Positions 11,143 through 20,537 of a DNA stretch of 64,000 bases are shown here, in pieces. The stretch lies in contig NC_090416.1 of NCBI RefSeq assembly GCF_036365525.1, positions 16,464,945-16,528,944 on the forward strand. Reading direction: 5' to 3'. A program made the position numbers and the translations under genes. Source of the stretch: Heterodontus francisci (lineage: Eukaryota). The stretch's first letter is position 1; every line of letters begins with the position of its first letter. Under the pieces are notes generated by a model, which saw only the letters and a list, made by a program, of their open reading frames with translations, did no database searches and had not been told where the DNA came from.

Positions 11143-11470
11143 TATGTAGCTGCTGAGCCATCCCCGGCAGCACAGTAATAGACGGCGGAGTCTCCCGGTT
11201 CCAAGCTGCCGATGGTCAGAATGTGACTGTTACTGGAGGTGTCTCTGGAAGGTTTAAAACGGTCCGTGAAGCCGGTGCCTCGATAGATGCTACCACTTGG
11301 ATAGTGCTCTAACACCCACACCGGAGCCTCCCCGGGTCTCTGTCGGTACCAGCTCATGTAGTAACTGCCCACATTGCCGTTCTGCATCGCACACTTTAAC
11401 TCGGAGGTCTCACCGGTGGAGACTGGGTCTGAAATTGGGGTCTGATTGAGGACAGGAACCGCCAGGATAC
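11143..11470 (-). CDS. IgL V exon, cluster 1 (1 nt shorter at the 3' end than V2-V4)
   Basis: Acceptor aag|GT. Encodes GILAVPVLNQ...LKC...WYRQRPG...DSAVYYCAAGDGSAAT with both V-set cysteines and the Trp; 328 nt. Confidence 0.95.
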
Positions 11471-11633
11471 CTTCAACACAAAACACAAGAGAGAGGAAAA
11501 CACATTCAGTTTATTGGAGCAAAAAAAGCACACTGAGAAATAAACAGGCCGGGCAACCAAATCCCTTTGCTTCCTAATCTAATGGTTTACAAATGAATAA
11601 TTGAGTAACGTTCTGTTAACATAAGTCTCTCAC

Positions 11634-11682
11634 CTGTTAAATGGAGTAGCAGGGTCCCCAGGAGATACATTACTGCAGCCAT
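11634..11682 (-). CDS. Leader exon, cluster 1
   Basis: ATG GCT GCA GTA ATG TAT CTC CTG ... ACA G|GTGAGA = MAAVMYLLGTLLLHLT(G), a hydrophobic signal peptide with a phase-1 donor. Confidence 0.92.
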
Positions 11683-11787
11683 TCCCTCCGGGGGGGAAAA
11701 AAACCCGTGAAGAATTAGAGAGCAGGGTTTTACTGTAATTCCAGAAAGTGGATCCAGTTACAGTGCCGGACAAGGTGAGACCAGTAT

Positions 11788-11812
11788 CTATTATATGAAC
11801 CTGTATGCAAAT
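11788..11812 (-). promoter_or_regulatory. V1 promoter: octamer ATTTGCAT (11805-11812) plus TATA-like TATAATA
   Basis: Perfect octamer in light-chain orientation ~125 nt upstream of the ATG, with a TATA-like element just downstream. Confidence 0.88.
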
Positions 11813-12724
11813 ACAGGGAGGGTTGAGAGGAGCAGGGGCGGCGGGGGGGCGGGGGGGTGGGGGGAGGGGGACTGGACCAGATTTTTTAATTTGAGCCTCT
11901 ATTGGTCCCCAATTAAACATTTCCATGTATTTATTTCCACCGAGTTGAGGGTTAATTCACAATAATTTCTGATTTTAACCCCCCCTTCTCATGTCAAGAG
12001 TGTGAGATTTAAAAGAACAACTGTAGAAATTGCACATTTTATCCCAGATGGGCAAAGACAAAAGCCCTTCGGAATCCAGTGCCTTAAATTCATCCAGAAC
12101 AAGTTTAACCCAGCGATCGTTAGGATTTGTTTTTTTTATATTTGGGTCTGCAATGTGTACTTAAACACATATCTTTATATCCAACACGCTGGTGTTTGCA
12201 ACAAAGCAGTTCATTGGAAGGATTGGAATGGAAGAGATTGACTGGACTGCTTCTCTCAGCTGCTCTTTTTTCCTATCCGCCACTGTGCAAGTGCACTGCT
12301 TGTCCTGGCGTTTGAGCCGAGTGTAGGGTCAAAACACTCGTTTCTCACTCAGGCCGACGTTCAGAAACAGCCAGAATCAACTCCAATATCCGTTTTAATT
12401 GGTAATGCAACGAGGAGTGAGATTCTGACCGGGCAAGCTGACTGCTCGGCTAGTTTCTGTGTTGTGTCCGGATCCTGTGTTAAGTCCAGTTTCAATGAAA
12501 TGTGTTTTCCTGCTGCAACAGTTCCTGCCCTGACTTTTTTGTTGTTGCAACTAAACCACATGTATCGGAACCTCAGTCCCAGGCTTACATTTGTTTTAAC
12601 ATTCCATTTCAGATGTTTTATGTCAATCACTCGATGCCAAGGGAAAACGTTCAACAAGTTGCCCGTGAGAGGAGTTAGTTTCTTTAAAATGAATATTTTC
12701 TATCTATTTGTTTAAGTTCACTTC

Positions 12725-13154
12725 ATGGGATATGGGCATCACTTGGCCCTGCCCGCATTTATTGTCCATCCCTCATTGCCGTTGAGATGGTGGTGGTGGA
12801 GCCGCCTTCTTGAACTGCAACAGTGCAGTGGTTTTTGTACAACAGAACGTCCATTTCTGAGGGCAGTTAAGAGTCAACCACGTCCCGTGGGTCTGGAGTC
12901 ACATGTAGGCCAGACCAGGTGAGGACGGCAGATTTCCTTCCCTAAAAGGACATTTGTGAACCAGATGATTTTTTGTTAATGAACATTTAATGGTAGTTTT
13001 ATGGTCACCATTACTGAGACTAGGTTTCAATTCCAATGTTTTATTGTTAATTAGTTGAATTTAAATTCCATGGTGGGATTTGAACACGTGTCTCCAGAGC
13101 GTTATCCTGGGCCTCTGGATTAGTAATATCTAGTGACATTACTACTACGCCACC
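12725..13154 (-). mobile_element. Old tRNA-derived SINE (also ~29446-30213 interrupted, ~45940-46372, ~61165-61932 interrupted)
   Basis: The reverse complement starts ggtggcgtagtagtaatgtcactag with a B-box-like gttcaaatccc, and ends in a tail ...ggacaataaatgc...gatgcccatatccc. Confidence 0.7.
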
Positions 13155-13189
13155 TTGTGATGGATCAATATTAATTCTAGAAATGTGAT

Positions 13190-13530
13190 AGGATTTGAGA
13201 CAGTGAAAGGGAGAGTGTGGGAAGAAGAACAGCAGGGAAGGTCTGTGACACGGGTGGAGGGGAGGAGAGATTAAATGACAAAAAGTGTTTCAAGGTGCAA
13301 AGCCAAAGGGAGTGGTAATAAAAGATGTGTCTGGACGAGGTGTGAATGGCAGGTACTGAACACAAGGTAAAGGAAATAAGAGGTAAACAAGAGAGATAAA
13401 ATAACAAATCAGCAAAAAAAAAGGGAAATAAAAATGAGGGCAGGGGGGTTACAAACTAAAATTGTAGAATTCAGTGTTGAGTCCGGAAGGCTGTAGAGTG
13501 CCCAGTCGAAAGATGAGGTGCTGTTCCTGG
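13190..13530 (-). mobile_element. Penelope-like element 3' fragment (also ~30250-30597, ~46410-46747, ~61970-62306)
   Basis: The minus strand at 13530-13456 translates EQHLIFRLGTLQPSGLNTEFYNF, typical of the GIY-YIG C-terminus of vertebrate Penelope-like elements. Confidence 0.7.
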
Positions 13531-13794
13531 AGTTAGTCTCCTATTACTGACATGTTCAGTCAAGTCAGTGTCGACTAGCTGCCCCCTAGACAGAGAATTT
13601 GACCCCTCCAACATTAAAAATCCGTTTCTGATTGGTCTCCACAGCAGAAACAGACCCACCTCCCTCCCCTCCCACCAGGCAGTTTCTCTGGGTCATTTTC
13701 AACTAAACCTAACCTGCATTACTATAGAGACCTCAGGGTGTCCTAAAGACAGACAAATAAACACCTGTTTTGAAGTCTGGTCATTGTAACATCG

Positions 13795-13931
13795 TAACCC
13801 AATGCACAATGGAAATAAATATTTGGAAATGTTTACTCAGGGACAAATATATTTTTAATAAAGTGTTTTCCCCTGCTCCCCTTGACCCCCTCCCTGTATT
13901 TGCATATTGACTAATATGTAGATACTAGTCT
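13795..13931 (+). promoter_or_regulatory. Inverted paralog of the V promoter (octamer ATTTGCAT 13898-13905), unit A
   Basis: Aligns by eye to the reverse complement of ~11780-11955. Confidence 0.65.
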
Positions 13932-14016
13932 TCTCCGGGTTCCCGGAGTCACAGTAATCTTGTTGAAGTGAAAGCACAATTGCTAAATGTGTGAGAAGCT
14001 GAACTCAGCTTTGCCC

Positions 14017-14110
14017 ATGTAGTTGAATAGAGGGTGCACATATGTAGTTGAATAGAGTCATCCACGTATGTAGTTAAATGGAGTCATCCACGTATGTAGT
14101 TAAATGGAGT
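14017..14110 (+). repeat. 26-bp tandem repeat (GTATGTAGTTAAATGGAGTCATCCAC), ~3-5 copies per unit
   Basis: Direct reading; also at ~31082-31175, ~47235-47352, ~62792-62858. Confidence 0.85.
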
Positions 14111-14377
14111 GTGCCAGTGTGTAGTAAAATGGGGTTGTGCACATGTCTAATGGAAAGCAGTTCAGCACCTCTAGGTTCATAGAATCTCTCACTTTGCACA
14201 GCAGATGTCACATGGCTGCAGCTTTGCCCAGGGAGCCTACCCGGTTCACACAGGATAGGCCAGGTGTTAAAGCAAGAGCATTTGGTGTTGCCTATTGAAG
14301 CTTGCACAGCGGTTAAAGGAAAATACAATTAAAGCTCACAAGATGGGAATCTTGTAAAGTGCCAGCCATGGCCTCGT

Positions 14378-15270
14378 GGGTTCAAGTCAAAATCCAGAGA
14401 CTTGAGCACAAAAAACAGTCTCACATTCCCCGTGTCGTACTGAGGGAGCGCTGCACTGTCGGAGGGTCAGTACTGAGGGAGTGCGGCACTGTCGGAGGGT
14501 CAGTACTGAGGGAGCGCTGCACTGTCGGAGGGTCAGTACTGAGGGAAAGCTGTATTGTCAGAGGGTCAGTACTGAGGGAGTGCTGCACTGTCAGAGGGTC
14601 AGTACTGAGAGAGTGCTGCACTGTCGGAGGGTCAGTACTGAGGGAGTGCGGCACTGTCGGAGGTTCAGTACTGAGGGAGTGCCGCACTGTCAGAGGGTCA
14701 GTACTGAGGGAGTGCGGCACTGTCGGAGGGTCAGTACTGAGGGAGCGCTGCACTGTCGGAGGGTCAGTACTGAGGGAAAGCTGTATTGTCAGAGGGTCAG
14801 TACTGAGGGAGTGCTGCACTGTCAGAGGGTCAGTACTGAGAGAGTGCTGCACTGTCGGAGGGTCAGTACTGAGGGAGTGCGGCACTGTCGGAGGTTCAGT
14901 ACTGAGGGAGTGCCGCACTGTCAGAGGGTCAGTACTGAGGGAGTGCTGCACTGTCAGAGGGTCAGTACTGAGAGAGTGCTGCACTGTCAGAGGGTCAGTA
15001 CTGAGGGAGTGCTGCACTGTCTGAGGTGCTATCTTCACAAGTCCCCCTCAGGTGGACATTATCGATCCCATGACTCTATTTGAAGGAGAGCAGGTGCCCT
15101 GGACAATATATATTCCAACATTAACACCGAAAACTGTAACTGGTCATTATCACATTGCTATTTCTGGGAGCTTGCTGTGTAAATGACTGTCAGATTTCCA
15201 GCATTTCAACAGTGACTACACTTCAAAACACACTTCAAAAGTACGTCATTGGATGTAAACCACTTTGGGG
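14378..15270 (+). mobile_element. Deu-domain-type (SacSINE1/AmnSINE-like) SINE hosting the 33-bp minisatellite
   Basis: B-box-like gggttcaagtc...gagacttgagcac head, and body ctggtcattatcacattgct...gactacacttcaaaa recognisable as the common shark SINE. Confidence 0.6.
14437..15021 (+). repeat. 33-bp minisatellite (CAGTACTGAGGGAGTGCTGCACTGTCGGAGGGT), ~18 copies
   Basis: Direct reading; 11-aa periodicity in the overlapping ORFs. Confidence 0.95.
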
Positions 15271-15289
15271 CTGCCTAGGGATCAGACCT

Positions 15290-15877
15290 CTCTGTCTCTC
15301 CATCTGTCTATCTGTCTATGTATCTGACCACCCATCTATTTATCTATCTGTCTGTCTATCTATCTGTCCATATCTATCTCTCTATCTATCTATCCGTCCN
15401 NNNNNNNNNNNNNNNNNNNNNNNNNNNNNNNNNNNNNNNNNNNNNNNNNNNNNNNNNNNNNNNNNNNNNNNNNNNNNNNNNNNNNNNNNNNNNNNNNNNN
15501 NNNNNNNNNNNNNNNNNNNNNNNNNNNNNNNNNNNNNNNNNNNNNNNNNNNNNNNNNNNNNNNNNNNNNNNNNNNNNNNNNNNNNNNNNNNNNNNNNNNN
15601 NNNNNNNNNATCTCTCCATNNNNNNNNNNNNNNNNNNNNNNNNNNNNNNNNNNNNNNNNNNNNNNNNNNNNNNNNNNNNNNNNNNNNNNNNNNNNNNNNN
15701 NNNNNNNNNNNNNNNNNNNNNNNNNNNNNNNNNNNNNNNNNNNNNNNNNNNNNNNNNNNNNNNNNNNNNNNNNNNNNNNNNNNNNNNNNNNNNNNNNNNN
15801 NNNNNNNNNNNNNNNNNNNNCATCTCTTGCTATCTGTCTATCTCTCTGTCTATCTATCGATCTATCTATCTGACTGA

Positions 15878-15919
<42 letters not shown>

Positions 15920-15921
15920 GT
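15290..15921 (+). repeat. (TCTA/TCTG)n microsatellite 5' of CR1, with N runs 15400-15609 and 15620-15820 (also ~32155-32626, ~48138-48323)
   Basis: Direct reading; every N run in the window falls inside one of these microsatellites. Confidence 0.85.
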
Positions 15922-16670
15922 CTCGGAGGGCGGAGTTCCAGACCGAGAAGTCTAAAAAACTTACTTCGGGGATTCTCGGACAGACTCGGAGGGCGGAATT
16001 AACCTCGGGGATTCTCGGACAGATTCGGCGGGCGGAGTTCACCTCGGGGATTCTGGGACAGACTCGGAGGGCGGAGTTAACCTCGGGGATTCTGGGACAG
16101 ACTCGGAGGGCGGAGAGAACCTCGGGTATTCTCGGACAGACTCGGAGGGCGGAGTTAACCTCGGGGATTCTCGGACTGACTCGAAGGGCGCAGTTAACCT
16201 CGGGGATTCTCGGACAGACTCGGAGGGCGGAGTTAACCTCGGGGATTCTCGGACAGACTCGGAGGGCGGAGTTAACCTCGGGGATTCTGGGACAGACTCG
16301 GAGGGCGGAGAGAACCTCGGGTATTCTCGGACAGACTCGGAGGGCGGAGTTAACCTCGGGGATTCTCGGACTGACTCGAAGGGCGCAGTTAACCTCGGGG
16401 ATTCTCGGACAGACTCGGAGGGCGGAGTTAACCTCGGGGATTCTCGGACTGACTCGGAGGGCGGAGTTAATCTCGGGGATTCTCGGACAGACTCGGAGGG
16501 CGGAGTTAACCTCGGGGATTCTCGGACAGACTCGGAGGGCGGAGTTGACCTCGGGGATTCTCGGACAGACTCGGAGGGCGGAGTTAATCTCGGGGATTTT
16601 CGGACAGACTCGGAGGGCGGAGTTAACCTCGGGGATTCTCGGACAGACTCGGAGGGCGGTGTTCACCTCG
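15922..16670 (+). repeat. 39-bp CpG/GC-box-rich minisatellite (GTTAACCTCGGGGATTCTCGGACAGACTCGGAGGGCGGA), ~18 copies
   Basis: Direct reading; 13-aa periodicity in the overlapping ORFs. Confidence 0.95.
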
Positions 16671-16734
16671 ATGGGTCGAAGGGCCTGTTTCAGTGCTGTA
16701 TCTCTAAATAAAAAATAAAAATAAATAAAATAAT

Positions 16735-19700
16735 GTTTATAGTAGAAATCTAGCACGAGGGACCATATCGTTAATTATAACAATTTAGTAAGGATTTAAT
16801 AAGTATTTATTTTATATTAATTAACTAATTAGTGATAGAAATGTCAGTTAAAGGGGTGAAGTGCTTCACCTGTGAGATGTGGGAAGTCCGTGACACTTCC
16901 AGCATTCCGGGCGACTCCGCCTGCAGGAAGTTTACCCAGTTGCAGCTCCTCACAGACCGCATGGATCGGTTGGAGCGGCAACTGGATGCACTTAGGAGCA
17001 TGCAGGTGGCAGAAAGCATCACAGACAGGAGTTTTAGAGAAGTGGTTACACCCAAGGTGCAGGCAGATAGATGGGTGACCGCTAGAAGGTGCAGGCAGTC
17101 AGTGCAGGAATCCCCTGTGGCTATCCCCCTCTCTAACAAGTATACCGTTTTGGATACTGTTGGGGGGGGATGGCCTATCAGGGGAAAACAACAGCAGCAG
17201 CCAGAGCAGTGGCACCACGGCTGGCTCTGTTGTTCAGCAGGGAGGGACAAAGCGCAGAAGAGCAATAGTTATAGGGGACTCTGTCGTCAATGGCACAGTT
17301 AGGCGCTTCTGTGGACGTGAAAGCGACTCCAGGATGGTATGTTGCCTACCTGGTGCCAGGGTCAATGATGTCTCTGAACGGACAGGGGGCATTCTGAAGG
17401 GCGAGGGTGAACAGCCAGAGGTTGTGGTACACATCGGTACCAATGACATAGGCAGGAAGAGTGATGAGGTCCTGCAGGGGGAGTTTAGGGAGTTAGGTAG
17501 AAAGTTAAAAAACAGGACCTCTAGGGTTGTAATCTCCAGATTAGTCCCTGTGCCACGTGCCAGAGAGGCTAGAAATAGGAAGATACTGCAGCTAAACACG
17601 TGGCTGAGCAGCTGGTGTCGAAGGGAGGGTTTCAGATATCTGGACCATTGGGCTCTCTTCAGGGACAGATGGGACCTGTACAAGAAGGACCGGTTGCATC
17701 TAAACTGGAGGGGCACTAATATCCTGGCTGCAAAGTTTGCTAGCGTCACTCGGGAGGGTTTCAACTAGTGTGGCAGGGGGATGGGAACCAGAGCAGTGGG
17801 ACAGCTAGAAAAATAAATGAGGAGGACATAGTAAATAAGGCCAGAAAGACTAAGTGGAAGAGCAGGCAGGGAGATGTTGCTGAGCACAGCGGGACTGGTG
17901 CTCTGAAGTGCATTTTTTTCAATGCGAGAAGTATAACAGGTAAGGCAGATGAACTGAGAGCTTGGATTAGTACTTGGAAATATGATGTTGTTGCTATTAC
18001 AGAGACTTGATTGAGGGAAGGGCAGGATTGGCAGCTAAATGTTCCAGGCTTTAGAAGCTTCAGGCGGGATAGAGGGGGGTGTAAAAGGGATGGGGGAGTT
18101 GCATAACTGGTTCAGGAGAATATCACAGCTGTACTGCGGGAGGACACCTCAGAGAGGTCATGCAGCGAGGCAATATGGGTGGAGCTCAGGAATAGGAAGG
18201 GTGCAGTCACGATGTTGGGGGTTTACTACAGGCCTCCCAACAGCCAGCGGGAGGTAGAGGAGCAGATATGTAGACAGATTTTGGAAAGATGTAAAGGTAA
18301 CAGGGTTGTGGTGGTGGGTGATTTTAACTTCCCCTATATTGACTGGGACTCACTTAGTGCTAGGGGCTTGAATGGGGCAGAATTTGTGAGGAGCATCCAG
18401 GAGGGCTTCTTGAAACAGTATGTAGATAGTCCAACTAGGGATAGGGCCATTCTGGACCTGGTATTGGGGAATGAGCCCGGCCAGGCAGTCGAAGTTTCAG
18501 TGGGGGAACATTTCGGGAGCAGCGACCATAATTCCATAAGTTTTAAGATACTTGTGGATAAGGATAAGAGTAGTCCTCGGGTGAAGGTGCTAAATTGGGG
18601 GAAGGCTAATTATAACAATATTAGGCAGGAATTGAAGAATTTAGATTGGGGGCGGCTGTTTGAGGGTAAATCAACATCTGACATGTGGGAGTCTTTCAAA
18701 CGTCAGCTGATTAGAATCCAGGACCAGCATGTTCCTGTGAGGAAGAAAGACAAGTTTGGCATGTTTCGGGAAATTTGGATAACACTGGATATTGTGAGCC
18801 TAGTCGAAAAGAAAAAGGAAGCATTTGTAAGGGCTGGAAGGCTAGGAACAGACGAAGCACTTGAGGAATATAAAGACAGTGGGAAGGAACTTAAGCAAGG
18901 AGTTAGGAGGGCTAAAAGGGGTCTTAAAAAGTCATTGGCAAACAGGATTAATAAGAATCCAAAGGCTTTTTATACATATATAAAGAGCAAGAGGGTAACC
19001 AGGGAAAGGGTTGGCCCACTCAAGGATAGAGAAGGGAATCTATGTGTGGAGCCAGAGGGAATGGGCGAGGTGCTAAATGAGTACTTTGCATCAGTATTCA
19101 CCAAAGAGAAGGACTTGGTGGATGATGAGCCTAGGGAAGGGAGTGCAGATAGTCTCAGTCATCTCATTATCAAAAAGGAGGAGGTGTTGGGTGTCTTGCA
19201 AAGCATTAAGGTAGATAAGTCCCCAGGGCCTGATGGGATCTACCCTAGAATACTGAGGGAGGCAAGGGAAGAAATTGCTGGGGCTTGACAGAAATCTTTG
19301 CATCATCATTGGCTGCAGGTGAGGCCCAAGAGGACTGGAGAAAAGCTAATGTTGTTCCTTTGTTTAAGAAGGGTGGCAAGGATAATCCAGGAAATTATAG
19401 GCCGGTGAGCCTTACGTCAGTGGTAGGTAAATTATTAGGGAGGATTCTTCGGGACAGAATTTACTCCCATTTGGAAACAAACGAACTTATTAGCGAGAGA
19501 CAGCATGGTTTTGTGCAGGGGATGTCATGTCTTACTAATTTGATTGAGTCTTTTGAGGAAGTGACGAAGATGATTGATGAAGGAAGGGCAGTGGATGTTA
19601 TCTATATGGACTTTATTAAAGCCTTTGAGAAGGTTCCGCGTGGCAGACTGGTACAAAAGGTGAAGTCACACGGGATCAGAGGTGAGCTGGCAAGATGGAT

Positions 19701-20537
19701 ACAGAACTGGCTCGGTCATAGAAGACAGAGGGTATCAGTGGAAGGGTGCTTTTCTGAATGGAGGGATGTGACTAGTGGTGTTCCGCAGGGATGAGTGCTG
19801 AGGAGTATTGACAGACAGAGAAATCTGGGCGTATAGGTCCACAGGTCACTGAAAGTGGCAACGCAGGTGGATAAGGTAGTCAAGAAGGCATACGGCATGC
19901 TTGCCATCATTGGTCGGGGCATAGAGTATAAAAATTGTCAAGTCATGTTGCAGCTGTACAGAACCTTAGTTAGGCCACACTTAGAATATTGCGTGCAATT
20001 CTGGTCGCCACACTACCAGAAGGACGTGGAGGCTTTGGAGAGGGTACAAAGGAGGTTTACGGATGCTGCCTGGTCTGGAGGGCATTAACTATGAGGAGAG
20101 GTTGGAAAAAGTCGGTTTGTTTTCACTGGAACGACGGAGGTGGAGGGGCGACATGATAGAGGTTTACAAAGTTATGAGCGGCATGGACAGAGTGGATAGT
20201 CAGAAGCTTTTTCCCAGGGTGGAAGAGTCAGTTACTAGGGGACATCGGTTTAAGGTGCGAGGGGCAAAGTTTAGAGGGGATGTGCGAGGCAAGTTTTTGA
20301 CACAGAGGGTGGTGAGTGCCTGGAACTTGCTGCCAGGGGAGGTGGTGGAAGCAGATACGATAGCGACGTTTAAGAGACATCTTGACAAATACTTGAATAG
20401 GATGGGAATAGAGGGATACGGTCCCCAGAAGTGCAGAAGTTGTTAGTTTAGACAGGCATCAAGATCGGTGCAGGCTTGGAGGGTCGAATGGTCTGTTCCT
20501 GTGTGGTACTGTTCTTTGTTCTTGTTCTTTGTTCTCT
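16735..20537 (+). mobile_element. CR1-clade LINE copy B, decayed, with a ~260-nt RT deletion at ~19800
   Basis: ORF1 N-terminus MSVKGVKCFTCEMW (zinc-finger-like plus coiled coil) and SGNH esterase. ORF2 has stops and frameshifts. The junction atgagtgctg|aggagtattg removes the xADD motif. Confidence 0.95.

Larger units (their letters stand above)
9052..11682 (-). other. Ig light-chain cluster 1 (L-V-J-C, germline unjoined; type I/NS5/sigma-cart-like)
   Basis: Leader, V, J and C are all on the minus strand with GT-AG splice sites. V has a 12-RSS and J a 23-RSS, separated by 381 nt, in a total span of 2.63 kb. This matches the described horn shark type I organisation (V-J ~380 nt, <2.7 kb). Confidence 0.95.

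Noticed and set aside
10725-11470. Germline-joined VJ gene, as seen in some elasmobranch light chains
   Set aside because: All four clusters retain both RSSs and the ~380-nt intervening segment.
11052-11486. ORF-track V proteins starting MFCVEG and running past the heptamer
   Set aside because: The start lies in the leader intron and the tail is RSS/intergenic sequence; the true exon limits are set by the splice acceptor and the heptamer.
14437-15021. CACTGTC in each 33-bp monomer as an array of cryptic RSS heptamers
   Set aside because: Only 5/7 match to CACAGTG, and no nonamer-like A-tract at 12 or 23 nt.
14359-15083. 200-220 aa ORFs on both strands (also 63170-63997 and similar)
   Set aside because: Artefacts of the stop-free 33-bp minisatellite; copy number and frame vary between units.
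15400-15820. N runs as scaffold gaps hiding additional genes
   Set aside because: They have irregular short lengths and always fall inside TCTA microsatellites whose unmasked homologs (3800-4032, 37036-37248) are plain repeat, so they are most likely masked low-complexity sequence.
15922-16670. Regular repeats resembling a CRISPR array
   Set aside because: Contiguous tandem monomers with no unique spacers, no cas genes, and a vertebrate context.
15318-16756. 466-aa and 280-aa repetitive ORFs
   Set aside because: Read-through of N runs, microsatellite and the 39-bp repeat; no evidence of coding.
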